64,000 bases of DNA from a virus: the IMG/VR virus record IMGVR_UViG_3300042314_001189, positions 32,001 to 96,000 of that record. One strand, 5' to 3'. The translations under genes were made by a program, and so were the position numbers. Each line of letters starts with the position of its first letter. The first letter of the stretch is position 1. The notes under the pieces were generated by a model. That model did not search any database. It had not been told where the DNA came from and saw only the letters and a list, made by a program, of their open reading frames with translations. This document shows positions 1 to 10,324 of this stretch, piece after piece.

Positions 1-353
1 TCGACCCATTACAATACAAGACTAAAGTGCTATGGAAAATTTTAAGAAAAATAAATGAAATTAAAAACATAGTCACTTACGTAAATGGCGATATGGCTTA
101 CATATATGGCGAAAAATACATATTTGGGGTTGATTTAAGATTGCTAGAATATGTTGGGTTTAAAAAAGATAAGGTAAAACGCATGATTAAATCAAAAAGC
201 TCAGTCTTTTTGGACCAAAACGAGATACTTATAGAATATAAAAAATACGTTGAAGACTTAGGGTTAAAAGTTAGATACTTACCATATTTATTTTCTATAA
301 AAAATGAACAAAACAATATTACTAGCAACATTCATCTTCCCAGAGAGAGTTGA
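1..353 (+). CDS. Hypothetical protein, probably 5'-truncated by the window edge
   Basis: The reading frame is open from base 3 through the GTG at 27 to the stop at 353; no recognisable motif. Confidence 0.55.
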   Translation, partial: DPLQYKTKVLWKILRKINEIKNIVTYVNGDMAYIYGEKYIFGVDLRLLEYVGFKKDKVKRMIKSKSSVFLDQNEILIEYKKYVEDLGLKVRYLPYLFSIKNEQNNITSNIHLPRES

Positions 354-705
354 TTGGTTTCTAAGTTATTTAGAAGCCAAATTTGCTATTACCAAAAATA
401 AAGTGTTTTGTTATAAGAATCTTGATGACGAATCTAAAGTCATTATGACATTTAAAATAAATGTCCAAAAAGACAAGCCATTAAATCTTAAAAATTTATT
501 CCCAAGTGCTGTACCAGTACATAAAAAAGGTGATGCTATTTATACAATAAATGCGTTAAATAAATTAATCGAAAAAAACTACCCAGAGTCAGTTGGAAAC
601 ATAGATTACAAAACTGTGAAAATCAATTGGGAAGAATATCAAAACAAGATGATTTTAATAAATGGTGAAGAACTTACCATTTTTAATATAACTAGGGTTT
701 TTTAG
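304..705 (+). CDS. Hypothetical phage protein (133 aa)
   Basis: ATG after an A-run, codon style like neighbours, overlaps the upstream ORF. Confidence 0.7.
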   Translation: MNKTILLATFIFPERVDWFLSYLEAKFAITKNKVFCYKNLDDESKVIMTFKINVQKDKPLNLKNLFPSAVPVHKKGDAIYTINALNKLIEKNYPESVGNIDYKTVKINWEEYQNKMILINGEELTIFNITRVF

Positions 706-716
706 TGTTTTACTGA

Positions 717-724
717 TATTTATA
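717..724 (+). promoter_or_regulatory. Putative late promoter TATTTATA
   Basis: Recurrent intergenic motif, here upstream of the 757/962 genes. Confidence 0.55.
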
Positions 725-756
725 TAAAAACATAATACAAATTTAAAAATATAGTT

Positions 757-957
757 ATGGAAAACAACACTTCAAATAAAAATGTTCCTAACCAAAAAGA
801 TTTAGACAAAGCTTTAGAAGGATATTTGAACACAGAAAACCAAGACCCGAACTTAGATTGTAGTTCTGGTGTTTGTGTTATCAAAGGTGATAAAAGCCTT
901 ATTGAAAGAATAAACAAAAAAATAATCACCGAAGACGGTAGACAATTATTATTCTAA
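757..957 (+). CDS. Small hypothetical protein with CSSGVC motif
   Basis: 66-aa ORF downstream of TATTTATA, 4 nt from the next ATG. Confidence 0.7.
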   Translation: MENNTSNKNVPNQKDLDKALEGYLNTENQDPNLDCSSGVCVIKGDKSLIERINKKIITEDGRQLLF

Positions 958-961
958 TTAA

Positions 962-1744
962 ATGAAAAAAAATAAACTTAATCCAGAATTATTGAAAGAA
1001 GAACTTAAAAAGTTTAGGTTGCTTTCTGAATATGATTTTTATGGTAAAACAACTGAAGATTCAGAATATGAAAAACCATTAGTTTTAGGTGCTGAACTAG
1101 AAGAAGCTGACGAAGAAGAAGCTACTGATGCAATCGCTGCCGACTTAGGTTTAGATGCTGAACAACCAGCTAACGATGCTGAACAACCAGCTAACGATGC
1201 TGAACAACCAGCAACTGACGAAACTGGTGATGACGAACAAACTGGTGAAATACCTAACGAAGAACCAGCGACTGGTGAAGTTCCAGCGGAAGAACCAGTA
1301 GAGGAACCAGTAGAAGATACATCAGATGATGTTGAAATCGATGTTACATCGTTGGTGAAGGGTTCAGAAGATGCTAAAGCTGCTGCTGACAAAGCTACTG
1401 CAAACACAGAAGTTCTTTTACAGAAACTTTCAGACTTAGAATCACGTGTTGCTAGCATGGACAACATAACAAACAAAATCGAAGGTTTAGAACAAGAAAT
1501 AATCAAAAGAAACCCAACACCAGTTGAGAAACTAGAAATGCGTTCATTAAGTTCTTTCCCATACAGTCAAAAATTAACAGATTATTGGGCCGACAAAGAA
1601 GGTGCTTATGACGTTATGGGTAATAAAGACAAAAAAGAAGAATACGTTTTAACACAAGATGATGTTGATTATGGTTATAGTGAACCAGAAGTAAAAAGAA
1701 GTTTTGGTGTCAACCCAGACGATTACGAAGAAGAAGAAATTTAA
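962..1744 (+). CDS. Acidic coiled-coil protein, possible prohead core/scaffold-type protein
   Basis: Very D/E-rich, N-terminal LLKEE, coiled-coil segment LLQKLSDLESRV..IEGLEQEI; function inferred. Confidence 0.55.
   Translation: MKKNKLNPELLKEELKKFRLLSEYDFYGKTTEDSEYEKPLVLGAELEEADEEEATDAIAADLGLDAEQPANDAEQPANDAEQPATDETGDDEQTGEIPNEEPATGEVPAEEPVEEPVEDTSDDVEIDVTSLVKGSEDAKAAADKATANTEVLLQKLSDLESRVASMDNITNKIEGLEQEIIKRNPTPVEKLEMRSLSSFPYSQKLTDYWADKEGAYDVMGNKDKKEEYVLTQDDVDYGYSEPEVKRSFGVNPDDYEEEEI
1154..1212 (+). repeat. 21-bp in-frame tandem repeat (DAEQPAN, about 2.8 copies)
   Basis: GATGCTGAACAACCAGCTAAC at 1154 and 1175, partial copy at 1196. Confidence 0.9.
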
Positions 1745-1753
1745 CAAATAACT

Positions 1754-1780
1754 AAAAGCCTCAGAAATGGGGCTTTTTTA
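1754..1780 (+). terminator. Rho-independent terminator
   Basis: AAAAGCCTC-AGAAAT-GGGGCTTTTTT hairpin plus U-tract after the stop at 1744. Confidence 0.8.
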
Positions 1781-1808
1781 TTTTTATGAAAAATAAATTG
1801 GTTTTTTG

Positions 1809-1925
1809 TTGTATCATGAGAAATTTGTTAGTATATTTGTAGAAATTATGTGGCTAAAATTAATAAAAATACTTTAAAAAAGTTGTCTAAAATACTTGAC
1901 TTTTCAGAGTTTTTTAGTATATTTG
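1809..1925 (+). promoter_or_regulatory. Two tandem Bacteroidota-type sigma70 promoters upstream of the SSB gene
   Basis: TTG(1809)-N20-TATATTTG(1832) and TTG(1896)-N19-TATATTTG(1918), matching the -33/-7 consensus TTG..TAnnTTTG. Confidence 0.75.
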
Positions 1926-1978
1926 TAGTATCAAAAGTTAGTAAATAAATAACATAAATATATAAAACAAAAAGTAAA

Positions 1979-2890
1979 ATGAGTAATGAAAAAAGTGCAT
2001 TGGATGCAATGCTAGCACAGTACGAGAAGAACAACGCTCCTAAGTACGAAAAAAAATCTGAGAAGGTTTATGATTTAAAAAACTACTTTAACACTTACAT
2101 TAAAGAAGGTGTTAAAGCGGCAACTAAAGAAATCAGAATTCTTCCATCTGAAAACGGTTCTCCGTTTGTAGAAGTTCACGGACATAAAGTTCAAGTTGAT
2201 GGTGAGTGGAAAACATTTGCATGTTTAAAACATGAAAAAGGTGAACCATGCCCATTCTGCGAGGCTCGTGAAGCTTTGTTGGCTACTGGTAATGAGTCAG
2301 ACAAAGAATTGGCTAAAAAATACAACGCACGTAAAATGTATGTTGTTAAAGTAATTGACAGAGCTGCTGAAGAAGAAGGTGTTAAGTTCTGGAGATTTAA
2401 CCATGACTACCGTAAAGAAGGAATTTTCGACAAAATCCACGGTGTGTTGACGGCTCTTAAAACAAATAGAGATGTTACTAACCCAGAAACTGGTCGTGAC
2501 TTAGCTATCACAATCCAAAGAAACCAAAACAACATTCCAGTTGTATCAGCTGTTGTTGCATTGGATTCTACACCATTATCTGAAGATGTTGAAAAATCAC
2601 AAGAGTGGTTGGCTGATGCTAGAACATGGGAAGATGTTTATTCTGTTCGTACTTATGACTACTTGGAAATCATTGTTAAAGGTGGTGTTCCAGTGTGGGA
2701 TAAAGAAGAGAAAAAATTTGTTGACAAAGAATCTTTGAAAGCTGACGATAACTCAACTTTGGAAGCTGAATTGACAATGGGAGTTGAAAATGTTAAATCT
2801 AACGTACAAGCTGCGTCTGAAACAACAAAAACAACAACTACTACACAATCGGTTGAGTCTGATGACGAAGAAGACGACCTACCGTTTTAA
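1979..2890 (+). CDS. Single-stranded DNA-binding protein, T4 gp32-like
   Basis: IRILP, H..C..CPFC zinc ligands, acidic tail ending DDEEDDLPF; first gene of the replication operon. Confidence 0.85.
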   Translation: MSNEKSALDAMLAQYEKNNAPKYEKKSEKVYDLKNYFNTYIKEGVKAATKEIRILPSENGSPFVEVHGHKVQVDGEWKTFACLKHEKGEPCPFCEAREALLATGNESDKELAKKYNARKMYVVKVIDRAAEEEGVKFWRFNHDYRKEGIFDKIHGVLTALKTNRDVTNPETGRDLAITIQRNQNNIPVVSAVVALDSTPLSEDVEKSQEWLADARTWEDVYSVRTYDYLEIIVKGGVPVWDKEEKKFVDKESLKADDNSTLEAELTMGVENVKSNVQAASETTKTTTTTQSVESDDEEDDLPF

Positions 2891-2904
2891 TTAGGTTTAA
2901 ACTA

Positions 2905-2939
2905 AACAAAAAGAGGTGAGGAATTGCCTCTTTTTTGTT
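2905..2939 (+). terminator. Rho-independent terminator
   Basis: AACAAAAAGAGG...CCTCTTTTTTGTT inverted repeat. Confidence 0.75.
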
Positions 2940-2970
2940 CTAAAATAACAATTAAGAAAAACAAATTAAA

Positions 2971-4068
2971 ATGGCTAAAAAACCGACAAAGACACCAATC
3001 GATAAAAAAGAATTTAACCTAGAAGATTTTAAAAAAGAACAAGGGTTAGACTTTCAAGTTAAAGAAAAAGATTTAGCATGGATTCCATTATCAGAAGCAT
3101 TTCATGATGCTGTTAAGGTACCTGGAATCCCTATTGGATATTTTACAAGTTTTAGAGGTTATTCAAACACTGGTAAATCAACCGCTATGTATGAAGGTGT
3201 TGCTGGTTGTCAAAAATTAGGTATTTTACCTATTATTTATGAAACAGAAGGTAACTGGAATTGGGAACACGCTAGAAATATTGGTGTGGAATTCGAGGAA
3301 AGAGTAAACGAAGAAACTGGTGAGATTAATTACGTTGGGGATTTCCTTTTTATGCAAGGTGCTGATTTAGTAAAAATGTACTCTTGTTACGACCACCAAC
3401 ATAGCAAAATGGGTACGAAACCATTAAGATATGAACCAGTTGTAGAGGATATTTCATTCCACATGCATTCAATGTTAGATGCGCAACAAGAAGGTAAACT
3501 ACCAAGAGATGTTGCTTTTTACTGGGATTCAGTAGGTTCAATAAATTGTTTCAAAGGTTCTATTTCAAAAACAACGAACAATCAATGGACAGCTGGTGCG
3601 TTAGCAACATGTTTCAAATCACTTATCAATTACAGAATACCAGCTTCTAGACGTGAAGATTCACCATACACAGCTACATTTGCTGTTGTTCAACAAATTT
3701 GGTTAGATAACGAAAACAAAGTTATCAAACATAAAGGTGGTGAAGCGTTCTTTTACTCTCCAAGACTTATTTTCCATTTCGGTGGTATCTTAACACACAG
3801 TACCGAGAAATTAAAAGCAACAATGAATGGTAACGAATATGAGTTTGGTGTTGAAACAAGAATCAGATGCGAAAAGAACCAAGTTAATGGCGTGGTTCAA
3901 AAAGGTAAGTTATGTTCAACACCACATGGTTATGTAAACCCAGATAAAATAACTGAGTATACAAAAGAAAACAAGGAATTTTTCAAATTGCACTTGGACA
4001 CTGAATACGATGATTTTGTCGTAGAAAAAGAAGAAATCGGTTTAAGCAGAGAAGACATGCACGCTTAA
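2971..4068 (+). CDS. RecA/UvsX-like recombinase
   Basis: GIPIG, Walker A GYSNTGKS, ETE, Walker B YWDSVGS, GGEAFFY, CEKNQV. Confidence 0.85.
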   Translation: MAKKPTKTPIDKKEFNLEDFKKEQGLDFQVKEKDLAWIPLSEAFHDAVKVPGIPIGYFTSFRGYSNTGKSTAMYEGVAGCQKLGILPIIYETEGNWNWEHARNIGVEFEERVNEETGEINYVGDFLFMQGADLVKMYSCYDHQHSKMGTKPLRYEPVVEDISFHMHSMLDAQQEGKLPRDVAFYWDSVGSINCFKGSISKTTNNQWTAGALATCFKSLINYRIPASRREDSPYTATFAVVQQIWLDNENKVIKHKGGEAFFYSPRLIFHFGGILTHSTEKLKATMNGNEYEFGVETRIRCEKNQVNGVVQKGKLCSTPHGYVNPDKITEYTKENKEFFKLHLDTEYDDFVVEKEEIGLSREDMHA

Positions 4069-4096
4069 CCTAGTACTAACTATTAACTTATAAAAT

Positions 4097-5149
4097 GTGA
4101 ATAAAAGACCACCAAGAAACGGTGATACTGTTCAAAAAATTCAAAATACACTACTGGTAGATGGCAATGCCCTTTTTAAAAGGGCATTTGCTGGTGCCAA
4201 AGATGAGTATAATTCAAAAGGTGAACACATAGGTGGTGTTTACCAATTTCTCACACTATTGCGTAAATTGTTAACTGAAGACCTATACCATAGAGTTTAT
4301 GTTTTTTGGGATGGTAATTTCAGTGGAAAACTACGTTATGACATTTACGAACCGTATAAAAGTGGTAGAGGTAAAGATTACAAAAACGGAACTCACCCTA
4401 TAGATGAAGAAGAGATAAAACAGCGTAAGCTTATCTGGGAATACTTAAATGAGTTATACGTAAGACAATTAAAACATGAAGTTATTGAAGGTGATGATTT
4501 TATTGCCTATTATTGTCTAACAAAAAAACAAAACGAAAAAGTCACTATCTGCACTAACGATAGGGATATGGCGCAACTAATAAGCGAAGATGTAAGGATT
4601 TATTTCTTGGACTTAAAAAATTATGTTGATAATTCTAATTTTATTTCGTACTTTTGCTATAAATTAGAAAACGCAGCCCTTATAAAGACTATGATTGGCG
4701 ATAACAGCGATACTATAAAAGGAATCAAAGGTTTAGGGGTGAAAACGTTATTAACACTGTTTCCAGAATTAACTGAAAGAGAATTAAATATTAACGAAAT
4801 TATAAGTATTGCAAAAGAAAAACAAGAAGAAAGATTAAAAAACAAACAAAAACCTCTAGCCGTTTTGGATAACATTATAAATTCGGTAACTGAAGGTGTA
4901 CAAGGTAAAAGAGTTTATGAGATAAACGACATGCTTGTCAACCTTAAAAGACCGATGTTAACTGAAGATGGTATTAGAGAGTTAGAACAATTGATTGATG
5001 GTACTTTAGACTCATCGGGTAGAGATATCAAAAAAGTTCTTATATACATGGAAAGAGATGGGTTAGATAAATCAATAGGTGAGGTTAGATATCCAGAATA
5101 TCTAATACCATTTAAAAAACTTATTGACAGAGAGAAATTAATTTTTTAA
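4097..5149 (+). CDS. 5'-3' exonuclease / flap endonuclease (PolA N-terminal or T4 RNase H-like)
   Basis: LLVDGN, YKSGR, EGDDFIA, NDRDMAQL, GDNSDTIKGIKGLGVKT helix-hairpin-helix; GTG start. Confidence 0.9.
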   Translation: MNKRPPRNGDTVQKIQNTLLVDGNALFKRAFAGAKDEYNSKGEHIGGVYQFLTLLRKLLTEDLYHRVYVFWDGNFSGKLRYDIYEPYKSGRGKDYKNGTHPIDEEEIKQRKLIWEYLNELYVRQLKHEVIEGDDFIAYYCLTKKQNEKVTICTNDRDMAQLISEDVRIYFLDLKNYVDNSNFISYFCYKLENAALIKTMIGDNSDTIKGIKGLGVKTLLTLFPELTERELNINEIISIAKEKQEERLKNKQKPLAVLDNIINSVTEGVQGKRVYEINDMLVNLKRPMLTEDGIRELEQLIDGTLDSSGRDIKKVLIYMERDGLDKSIGEVRYPEYLIPFKKLIDREKLIF

Positions 5150-5171
5150 CAAAACAAAAAAAAAACAAAAA

Positions 5172-5660
5172 ATGAGTACCGAAACTGAAAAAACAGCTAA
5201 AAAAATTGAAGAACAAAGATTTGAATTTATTCTTTACATTAATGACCATATCATTTGTCAGAGATATTTCAATATTAGAGATTTCAATGAGGATTCTCTT
5301 AATTCACTTGAATTAAAAGAATTGATGGACAACATTGTTGGGATGAACAATGGGCAATATGGTTCTTTGGGTATTATACCTAGATACCTACAAAACAAGT
5401 CTAAAGACTATCTTTGGGATAACTACAACCCATATTTCACGCAAAAAGAAGAAACAACAAAAAACATTTTTGAAAAATTAGACAATTTTCAATTTGAAAT
5501 TAAAGTTGATAAAAATTCAGTTGCAAAAAGTGAGTTCTGTGGTAACTATTTTCCACCAAAGGTTAGATACGCTGTGGACGTTAGAGAAATTATCCCGTCA
5601 ATAATGTCTGAAATCAGACATTCATTGAGTCAAAAAAATTATAACTTGGTTGGTGCATAA
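5172..5660 (+). CDS. Hypothetical phage protein (162 aa)
   Basis: ORF in the replication operon with an A-rich leader. Confidence 0.75.
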   Translation: MSTETEKTAKKIEEQRFEFILYINDHIICQRYFNIRDFNEDSLNSLELKELMDNIVGMNNGQYGSLGIIPRYLQNKSKDYLWDNYNPYFTQKEETTKNIFEKLDNFQFEIKVDKNSVAKSEFCGNYFPPKVRYAVDVREIIPSIMSEIRHSLSQKNYNLVGA

Positions 5661-5717
5661 TCGACCAAGTTATTATATTTATTATAACAAACAGTTTTTA
5701 AAAACAGAAAGAAAAGA

Positions 5718-7148
5718 ATGGCAAAAATAGACAAAAATAGTTTAGGGTATCTAGGGTACGATTATCAATTAAGATTAATAGCGCAAATATTAACAGACAG
5801 AAAATTCGCCAGCTCAATTATAGACATTGTTGACCCTAATTATTTTGAAGACCCATATTTAAGGGTTGTTGCTGCCACAATTAAAGACGCTGCCAAAAAG
5901 GATGATATTATACCAGATGTTGGCAGTTTAGAGTTTAGATTATTAGAAGATGTAACCGATGATATACAAAGAAAGTATGTCATCGGTCAACTTCGTAAGA
6001 TAAAGGAAGCTGATTTGAACGATACGCTTAAAGTACAAGATATCGCAATGAAGTTTTGCAAGCAACAAGAATTAAAAAAATCGGTAAATGAAATTACCAA
6101 AATCATAAATAAAGGAAACATCGATGATTATGAACAATGTGAGGCTATATTAAGAAAAGCTTTAGAACATGGTGATAACAAAGATGATGGGATTAGTGTT
6201 TTCGACAACATTGATAGCGTATTGGAAGATGACTTTAGAAAACCAATACGAACTGGTATAAAGGGTTTAGATGATGTTATGGATGGTGGGTTATCCAAAA
6301 CAGAATTAGCTGTTATATTGGCACCTTTTGGTGTTGGTAAAACAACTATGATGACAAAAATTGCCAACACCGCAATCAGTGATGGTAAAAAAGTTTTACA
6401 AATATTTTTCGAAGATAACCCAAAAGTTATCCAAAGAAAACATTTATCTTGTTGGTCTGGTTACGATTTGAATAGTTTATCTCTACATAAAGACGAACTT
6501 ATTCAAATGACAAAAGAGTGGGAGGAAGGCATGAAAGGTAAAGGTCAATTAATACTTAAAAAGTTTTCTAGTGACGGAACCACTATCCCAGTAATTAGAC
6601 AATATATTAGAAAGTTGATTGCTCAAGGTTTCAGACCAGATATTGTTTTGCTAGATTATATTGATTGTGTTGAACCATCTAGAAAATTTGATGATGTTAA
6701 TGTTGGTGAAGGTAGCGTTATGCGACAGTTCGAAACCATGTTATCAGAATTAGATATTGCTGGTTGGACAGCCATTCAAGGAAACAGAAGTTCAATTAAA
6801 GCAGATGTGGTTGAGGCCGACCAAATGGGTGGTTCAATCAAGAAAGCTCAAATTGCGCATTTTGTTGTATCAATAGCAAAAACACTCGACCAAAAAGAGG
6901 CTGGAACAGCTACTATGGCTATTCTTAAATCTCGTTTTGGTAAATCTGGATTAATATTCGAAGATATTAGATTTGATAATGCAACAATTCAAATCGATAT
7001 GGGCCAAAACAATGGCGCAAGAACGCATAGTGAGCACAAGCAAGGAAAAGAAGTTGCTGGACAGCAAAGAGTCAACACTGTTTTAGAAGCAGCGAAACAA
7101 AGAAACGCTGTATTGAATGCGTTAACAACGCCAAAAATAGACGAATAA
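5718..7148 (+). CDS. Replicative DnaB-like helicase (T4 gp41-like)
   Basis: Walker A APFGVGKT, FFED, LLDYID, QGNR, KSRFG. Confidence 0.92.
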   Translation: MAKIDKNSLGYLGYDYQLRLIAQILTDRKFASSIIDIVDPNYFEDPYLRVVAATIKDAAKKDDIIPDVGSLEFRLLEDVTDDIQRKYVIGQLRKIKEADLNDTLKVQDIAMKFCKQQELKKSVNEITKIINKGNIDDYEQCEAILRKALEHGDNKDDGISVFDNIDSVLEDDFRKPIRTGIKGLDDVMDGGLSKTELAVILAPFGVGKTTMMTKIANTAISDGKKVLQIFFEDNPKVIQRKHLSCWSGYDLNSLSLHKDELIQMTKEWEEGMKGKGQLILKKFSSDGTTIPVIRQYIRKLIAQGFRPDIVLLDYIDCVEPSRKFDDVNVGEGSVMRQFETMLSELDIAGWTAIQGNRSSIKADVVEADQMGGSIKKAQIAHFVVSIAKTLDQKEAGTATMAILKSRFGKSGLIFEDIRFDNATIQIDMGQNNGARTHSEHKQGKEVAGQQRVNTVLEAAKQRNAVLNALTTPKIDE

Positions 7149-7173
7149 AAATTAAAATTAAGATTTAAGAGAG

Positions 7174-8127
7174 ATGTATTTAAAAGATAAGACATTAAAA
7201 AAAAGGTATTCTATTTTCCCAATCGTTCATAACGATTTGTGGCAGATGTACAAAAAAGCCGAAGCTCAAACATGGGTTGCCGAAGAACCAGATTTATCAA
7301 AAGATAGATTTGACGAATTAAAAGATAACGAAAAAACTTACTTGAAAAACATTTTAGCGTTTTTCGCTATTTCTGATGGTTTAGTTATTGATAACCTAGC
7401 TACAAACTTTTTAAATGAAGTTGAAATTCTAGAAGCTCAATATTTTTACGGTCACCAAACGTTTATTGAACAAGTACATGCAAATGGTTATTCTTTGTTA
7501 ATCGAAACGTATATAAAAAATCTATTGGAAAGAGAAGAGTTATTCAATTCTATGGAAACAAACCCAGCTGTTGGTAAAAAAGCAGCATGGGCTGAAAATT
7601 GGATTCAACACCCTTCATTTGGTCATAGATTAGTTGCGTTTGCATGTGTTGAAGGTATTTCATTTGCTAGTGTATTCTCTGGTGTGTTTTGGTTTAGAAG
7701 TAGAAACAAGATGCCTGGATTGGGTGCTATGAATGAACTTATTTTGAGAGACGAAACATTCCATTATGAATTTGCACTTAACCTTTATAAAAATTATTTG
7801 AAAGATGACTACAAACTTTCAAAAGAAGAATTGCGAAACATTATATTAGGGTGTTATGAGGCTGAAAAAGTTTTTGTTGAGGAAAGTATGCCAGATGGGT
7901 TACAAGGGTTAACAAAAGAAGATATGGTTAAATACGTACAATATGTTACAGATGTTGTGTTGAACGATTTTGGTTGTGAAACAGAATTCAAAGTAAGTAA
8001 TCCATTAGAATACATGTCTAGAATTGGTTTATCATCTAAAAATAATTTCTTTGAAAAAAGAGAGGGTGAATACACTAGAGTTGAAATACCAACAACTATG
8101 GATGGTATTTTTGATGAAGAATTTTAA
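7174..8127 (+). CDS. nrdB: Ribonucleotide reductase class Ia beta subunit
   Basis: FFAISDG, EQVHANGY (radical Tyr), VEGISF, RDETFH, NFFEKR. Confidence 0.95.
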   Translation: MYLKDKTLKKRYSIFPIVHNDLWQMYKKAEAQTWVAEEPDLSKDRFDELKDNEKTYLKNILAFFAISDGLVIDNLATNFLNEVEILEAQYFYGHQTFIEQVHANGYSLLIETYIKNLLEREELFNSMETNPAVGKKAAWAENWIQHPSFGHRLVAFACVEGISFASVFSGVFWFRSRNKMPGLGAMNELILRDETFHYEFALNLYKNYLKDDYKLSKEELRNIILGCYEAEKVFVEESMPDGLQGLTKEDMVKYVQYVTDVVLNDFGCETEFKVSNPLEYMSRIGLSSKNNFFEKREGEYTRVEIPTTMDGIFDEEF

Positions 8128-8149
8128 TAATTAAAATAAACAGATAAAA

Positions 8150-10306
8150 ATGAGAATACTTAAAAGAGATAAATCAACACAAGCTTTCACACCTAACAAA
8201 ATATTAACAAGAATAAAAACACAAGCCAAAGGCTTGAAAGTGGATTCGGATATTTTGTTTCAAGAAGTGATTCCTTTGATTAGTGATAATATAACGACAA
8301 CAGAGATTGATGAAATAATTGCGTTTAAGGCCGCTGATAAAATCATTCAACATCCAGATTATTCATTATTGGGTGGTAGAATTTTATTAAGTCGACAATC
8401 TAAATTAATAAACAAAGAATTACAACCAGTAGATTTAACCTATGACTTCTTTGCTGCGACAACTTTCTTGTCAAAATACTCAATGAAAGACGATAAAAAA
8501 ACACCTATCGAATTACCATCATGTATGTATGAAAGAGTTGCGAAACATTTGCATGGTGAAAATGAATCTGACAAATTAGAATTGTTAGAAGAACTTAAAT
8601 CTAAAAGAGGTAACTTTGCAACACCAACATACACAAACGCTGGTATTGAAAAAAGAGGTGGTATGATTAGTTGTAATCTAACACACTTGGAAGAAGACTC
8701 GTTTGACGGTATTGAAAATACTCTTTCTAAGATATCTTCAGCGTCAAAAGAAGGTTCTGGTATCGGATTACTGATTGACCCATTAAGAAGCAAGGAAAGT
8801 GTTGTTGAATCGTTTCAAGGAAACGCTGGTGGTGTTGTTAGATTGGCTGACATGGTTCAATCAAAAATGAGGTTCTATAAACAAGGTTCACGTTCTGGTA
8901 GCTGCGCATTATATTTGTCATTGTGGCATAAAGATATTATTGATTTCTTAGATTTAACATTACCTATTGGTGACGAACAATTAAGAACTCGTGATTTGTT
9001 TACATCTGTAATCGTGAACGACTTGTTTATGCAAAAATTAGAGAAGGGTGAAGATTGGTATTTGTTCTGTCCTAATGACATTAAAAAAGCTGGGTTAAAA
9101 CCACTTTACAATCTACATGGTGCGCAATTTAATGCTGAGTATGAAAAAGCCGTTTCTTTAGGTATTGGTAAAAAGGTTAACCCTAAAGACATTTTTGACT
9201 CGATAATTAAATCACAAGTTGAAAGCGGTAGACCTTATGTGATGTTTAAAGACAACGCAAACAAAAGAAACATGCAGAGCAATATCGGACCAATTAAACA
9301 ATCTAATTTGTGTATAGAGGTAATGCAAGCTTCAAAACCTAAATATACACCACAATGTACTTTAGCCTCAGTTAACTTAGCAGAACACGATAATCTAGAA
9401 ACAATAGCTAAAACAACAAAAGTTTTGGTTAAAGCACTGAACAGAGTAATCGAAACGAACAAATGGAGTGATGATTGGAGTAAAAAAGCTGGTGTTGACC
9501 AAAGAGCTTTGGCTATTGGTGTTGCTGGATTGGCTGATTTTTTCGCTAAGAAAAAAATATCTTTTGAAAGCGAAGAAGCTAAAAAATGGAATAAAGACAT
9601 TTTTGAAACAATGTATAAAGCTGCTGTTACCGAATCAATGGAATTGGCTATTGAACAAGGTATCAATTATCCAGCTTGGGAAGGTAGTCCATATTCTAAA
9701 GGTGAAACATATATCGAAGGATGGTCACCACTACCAGAGGGGCAACCAATCCCAATGCTTAATAGCTTATTGTTAGGTCTTATGCCAACAGCGTCTTCAG
9801 CTATTTTATTAGGTGTTTTTGAATCGTTTGAACCAGTTACATCTAATTTATTTACTAGAAGAGTTGGTCAAGGTGAATTTTTGATTGTAAACAAATACTT
9901 GGTAAATGAATTGATTGATAACGATTTATGGGATTCTGAAATGGTTGATAAAATCATAAAAAATAAAGGTAGTGTTCAAAATATTGTTGAAATACCAGAA
10001 GACATTAGATACAGATATAAAGACGTTTGGGAAATATCGCAAAAAGTATTGTTAGATTTATCTATAATCAGAAATAAATTTGTAGACCAATCACAATCAT
10101 TGAATGTTTACCATTCAGATGCTAAATACGGTAAAATAGCTAGTGCGCTCATGTATGCTTGGAAAGGTGGTTTAAAAACTGGTGTTTACTACACTAGAAC
10201 CAAATCAAAATTGGATGCAAACGCTAAATTAGCTAGCACACAGTTAGTCACAACGGTTGAAAAACCAAAAGACAGTCAATTTGAATGTTTTGGGTGTTCA
10301 GCTTAA
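8150..10306 (+). CDS. nrdA: Ribonucleotide reductase class Ia alpha subunit with N-terminal ATP cone
   Basis: ILKRD ATP-cone start, ISC, SNLCIE, CTLAS, MPTASS, KTGVYY, C-terminal CFGC. Confidence 0.95.
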   Translation: MRILKRDKSTQAFTPNKILTRIKTQAKGLKVDSDILFQEVIPLISDNITTTEIDEIIAFKAADKIIQHPDYSLLGGRILLSRQSKLINKELQPVDLTYDFFAATTFLSKYSMKDDKKTPIELPSCMYERVAKHLHGENESDKLELLEELKSKRGNFATPTYTNAGIEKRGGMISCNLTHLEEDSFDGIENTLSKISSASKEGSGIGLLIDPLRSKESVVESFQGNAGGVVRLADMVQSKMRFYKQGSRSGSCALYLSLWHKDIIDFLDLTLPIGDEQLRTRDLFTSVIVNDLFMQKLEKGEDWYLFCPNDIKKAGLKPLYNLHGAQFNAEYEKAVSLGIGKKVNPKDIFDSIIKSQVESGRPYVMFKDNANKRNMQSNIGPIKQSNLCIEVMQASKPKYTPQCTLASVNLAEHDNLETIAKTTKVLVKALNRVIETNKWSDDWSKKAGVDQRALAIGVAGLADFFAKKKISFESEEAKKWNKDIFETMYKAAVTESMELAIEQGINYPAWEGSPYSKGETYIEGWSPLPEGQPIPMLNSLLLGLMPTASSAILLGVFESFEPVTSNLFTRRVGQGEFLIVNKYLVNELIDNDLWDSEMVDKIIKNKGSVQNIVEIPEDIRYRYKDVWEISQKVLLDLSIIRNKFVDQSQSLNVYHSDAKYGKIASALMYAWKGGLKTGVYYTRTKSKLDANAKLASTQLVTTVEKPKDSQFECFGCSA

Positions 10307-10324
10307 AAGATAAGTAAAAAAAAT

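Noticed and set aside
757-957. CSSGVC motif resembling the redox-active C-terminal tail of class II ribonucleotide reductases
   Set aside because: The match is too short, the gene sits in a late-motif unit away from nrdAB, and NrdA already has its own C-terminal CxxC.
1154-1212. Short direct repeats considered as a possible CRISPR array (also 37404-37500 and 49450-49617)
   Set aside because: In-frame coding repeats with no unique spacers of regular length and no cas genes; the PD-(D/E)xK nuclease lacks the Cas4 Cys cluster.
1039-1506. Ser/Ala-rich minus-strand ORF with CSASLAG repeats, and the similar shadow ORFs at 37304, 38460 and 46805
   Set aside because: Reverse-strand readings of GAA/GAT/AAA-rich sense genes; no promoters or motifs.
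5718-10306. Inteins, introns or homing endonucleases in the helicase, nrdB or nrdA
   Set aside because: Protein lengths are normal or compact, motifs are contiguous, and no splice or LAGLIDADG/HNH signatures were seen.
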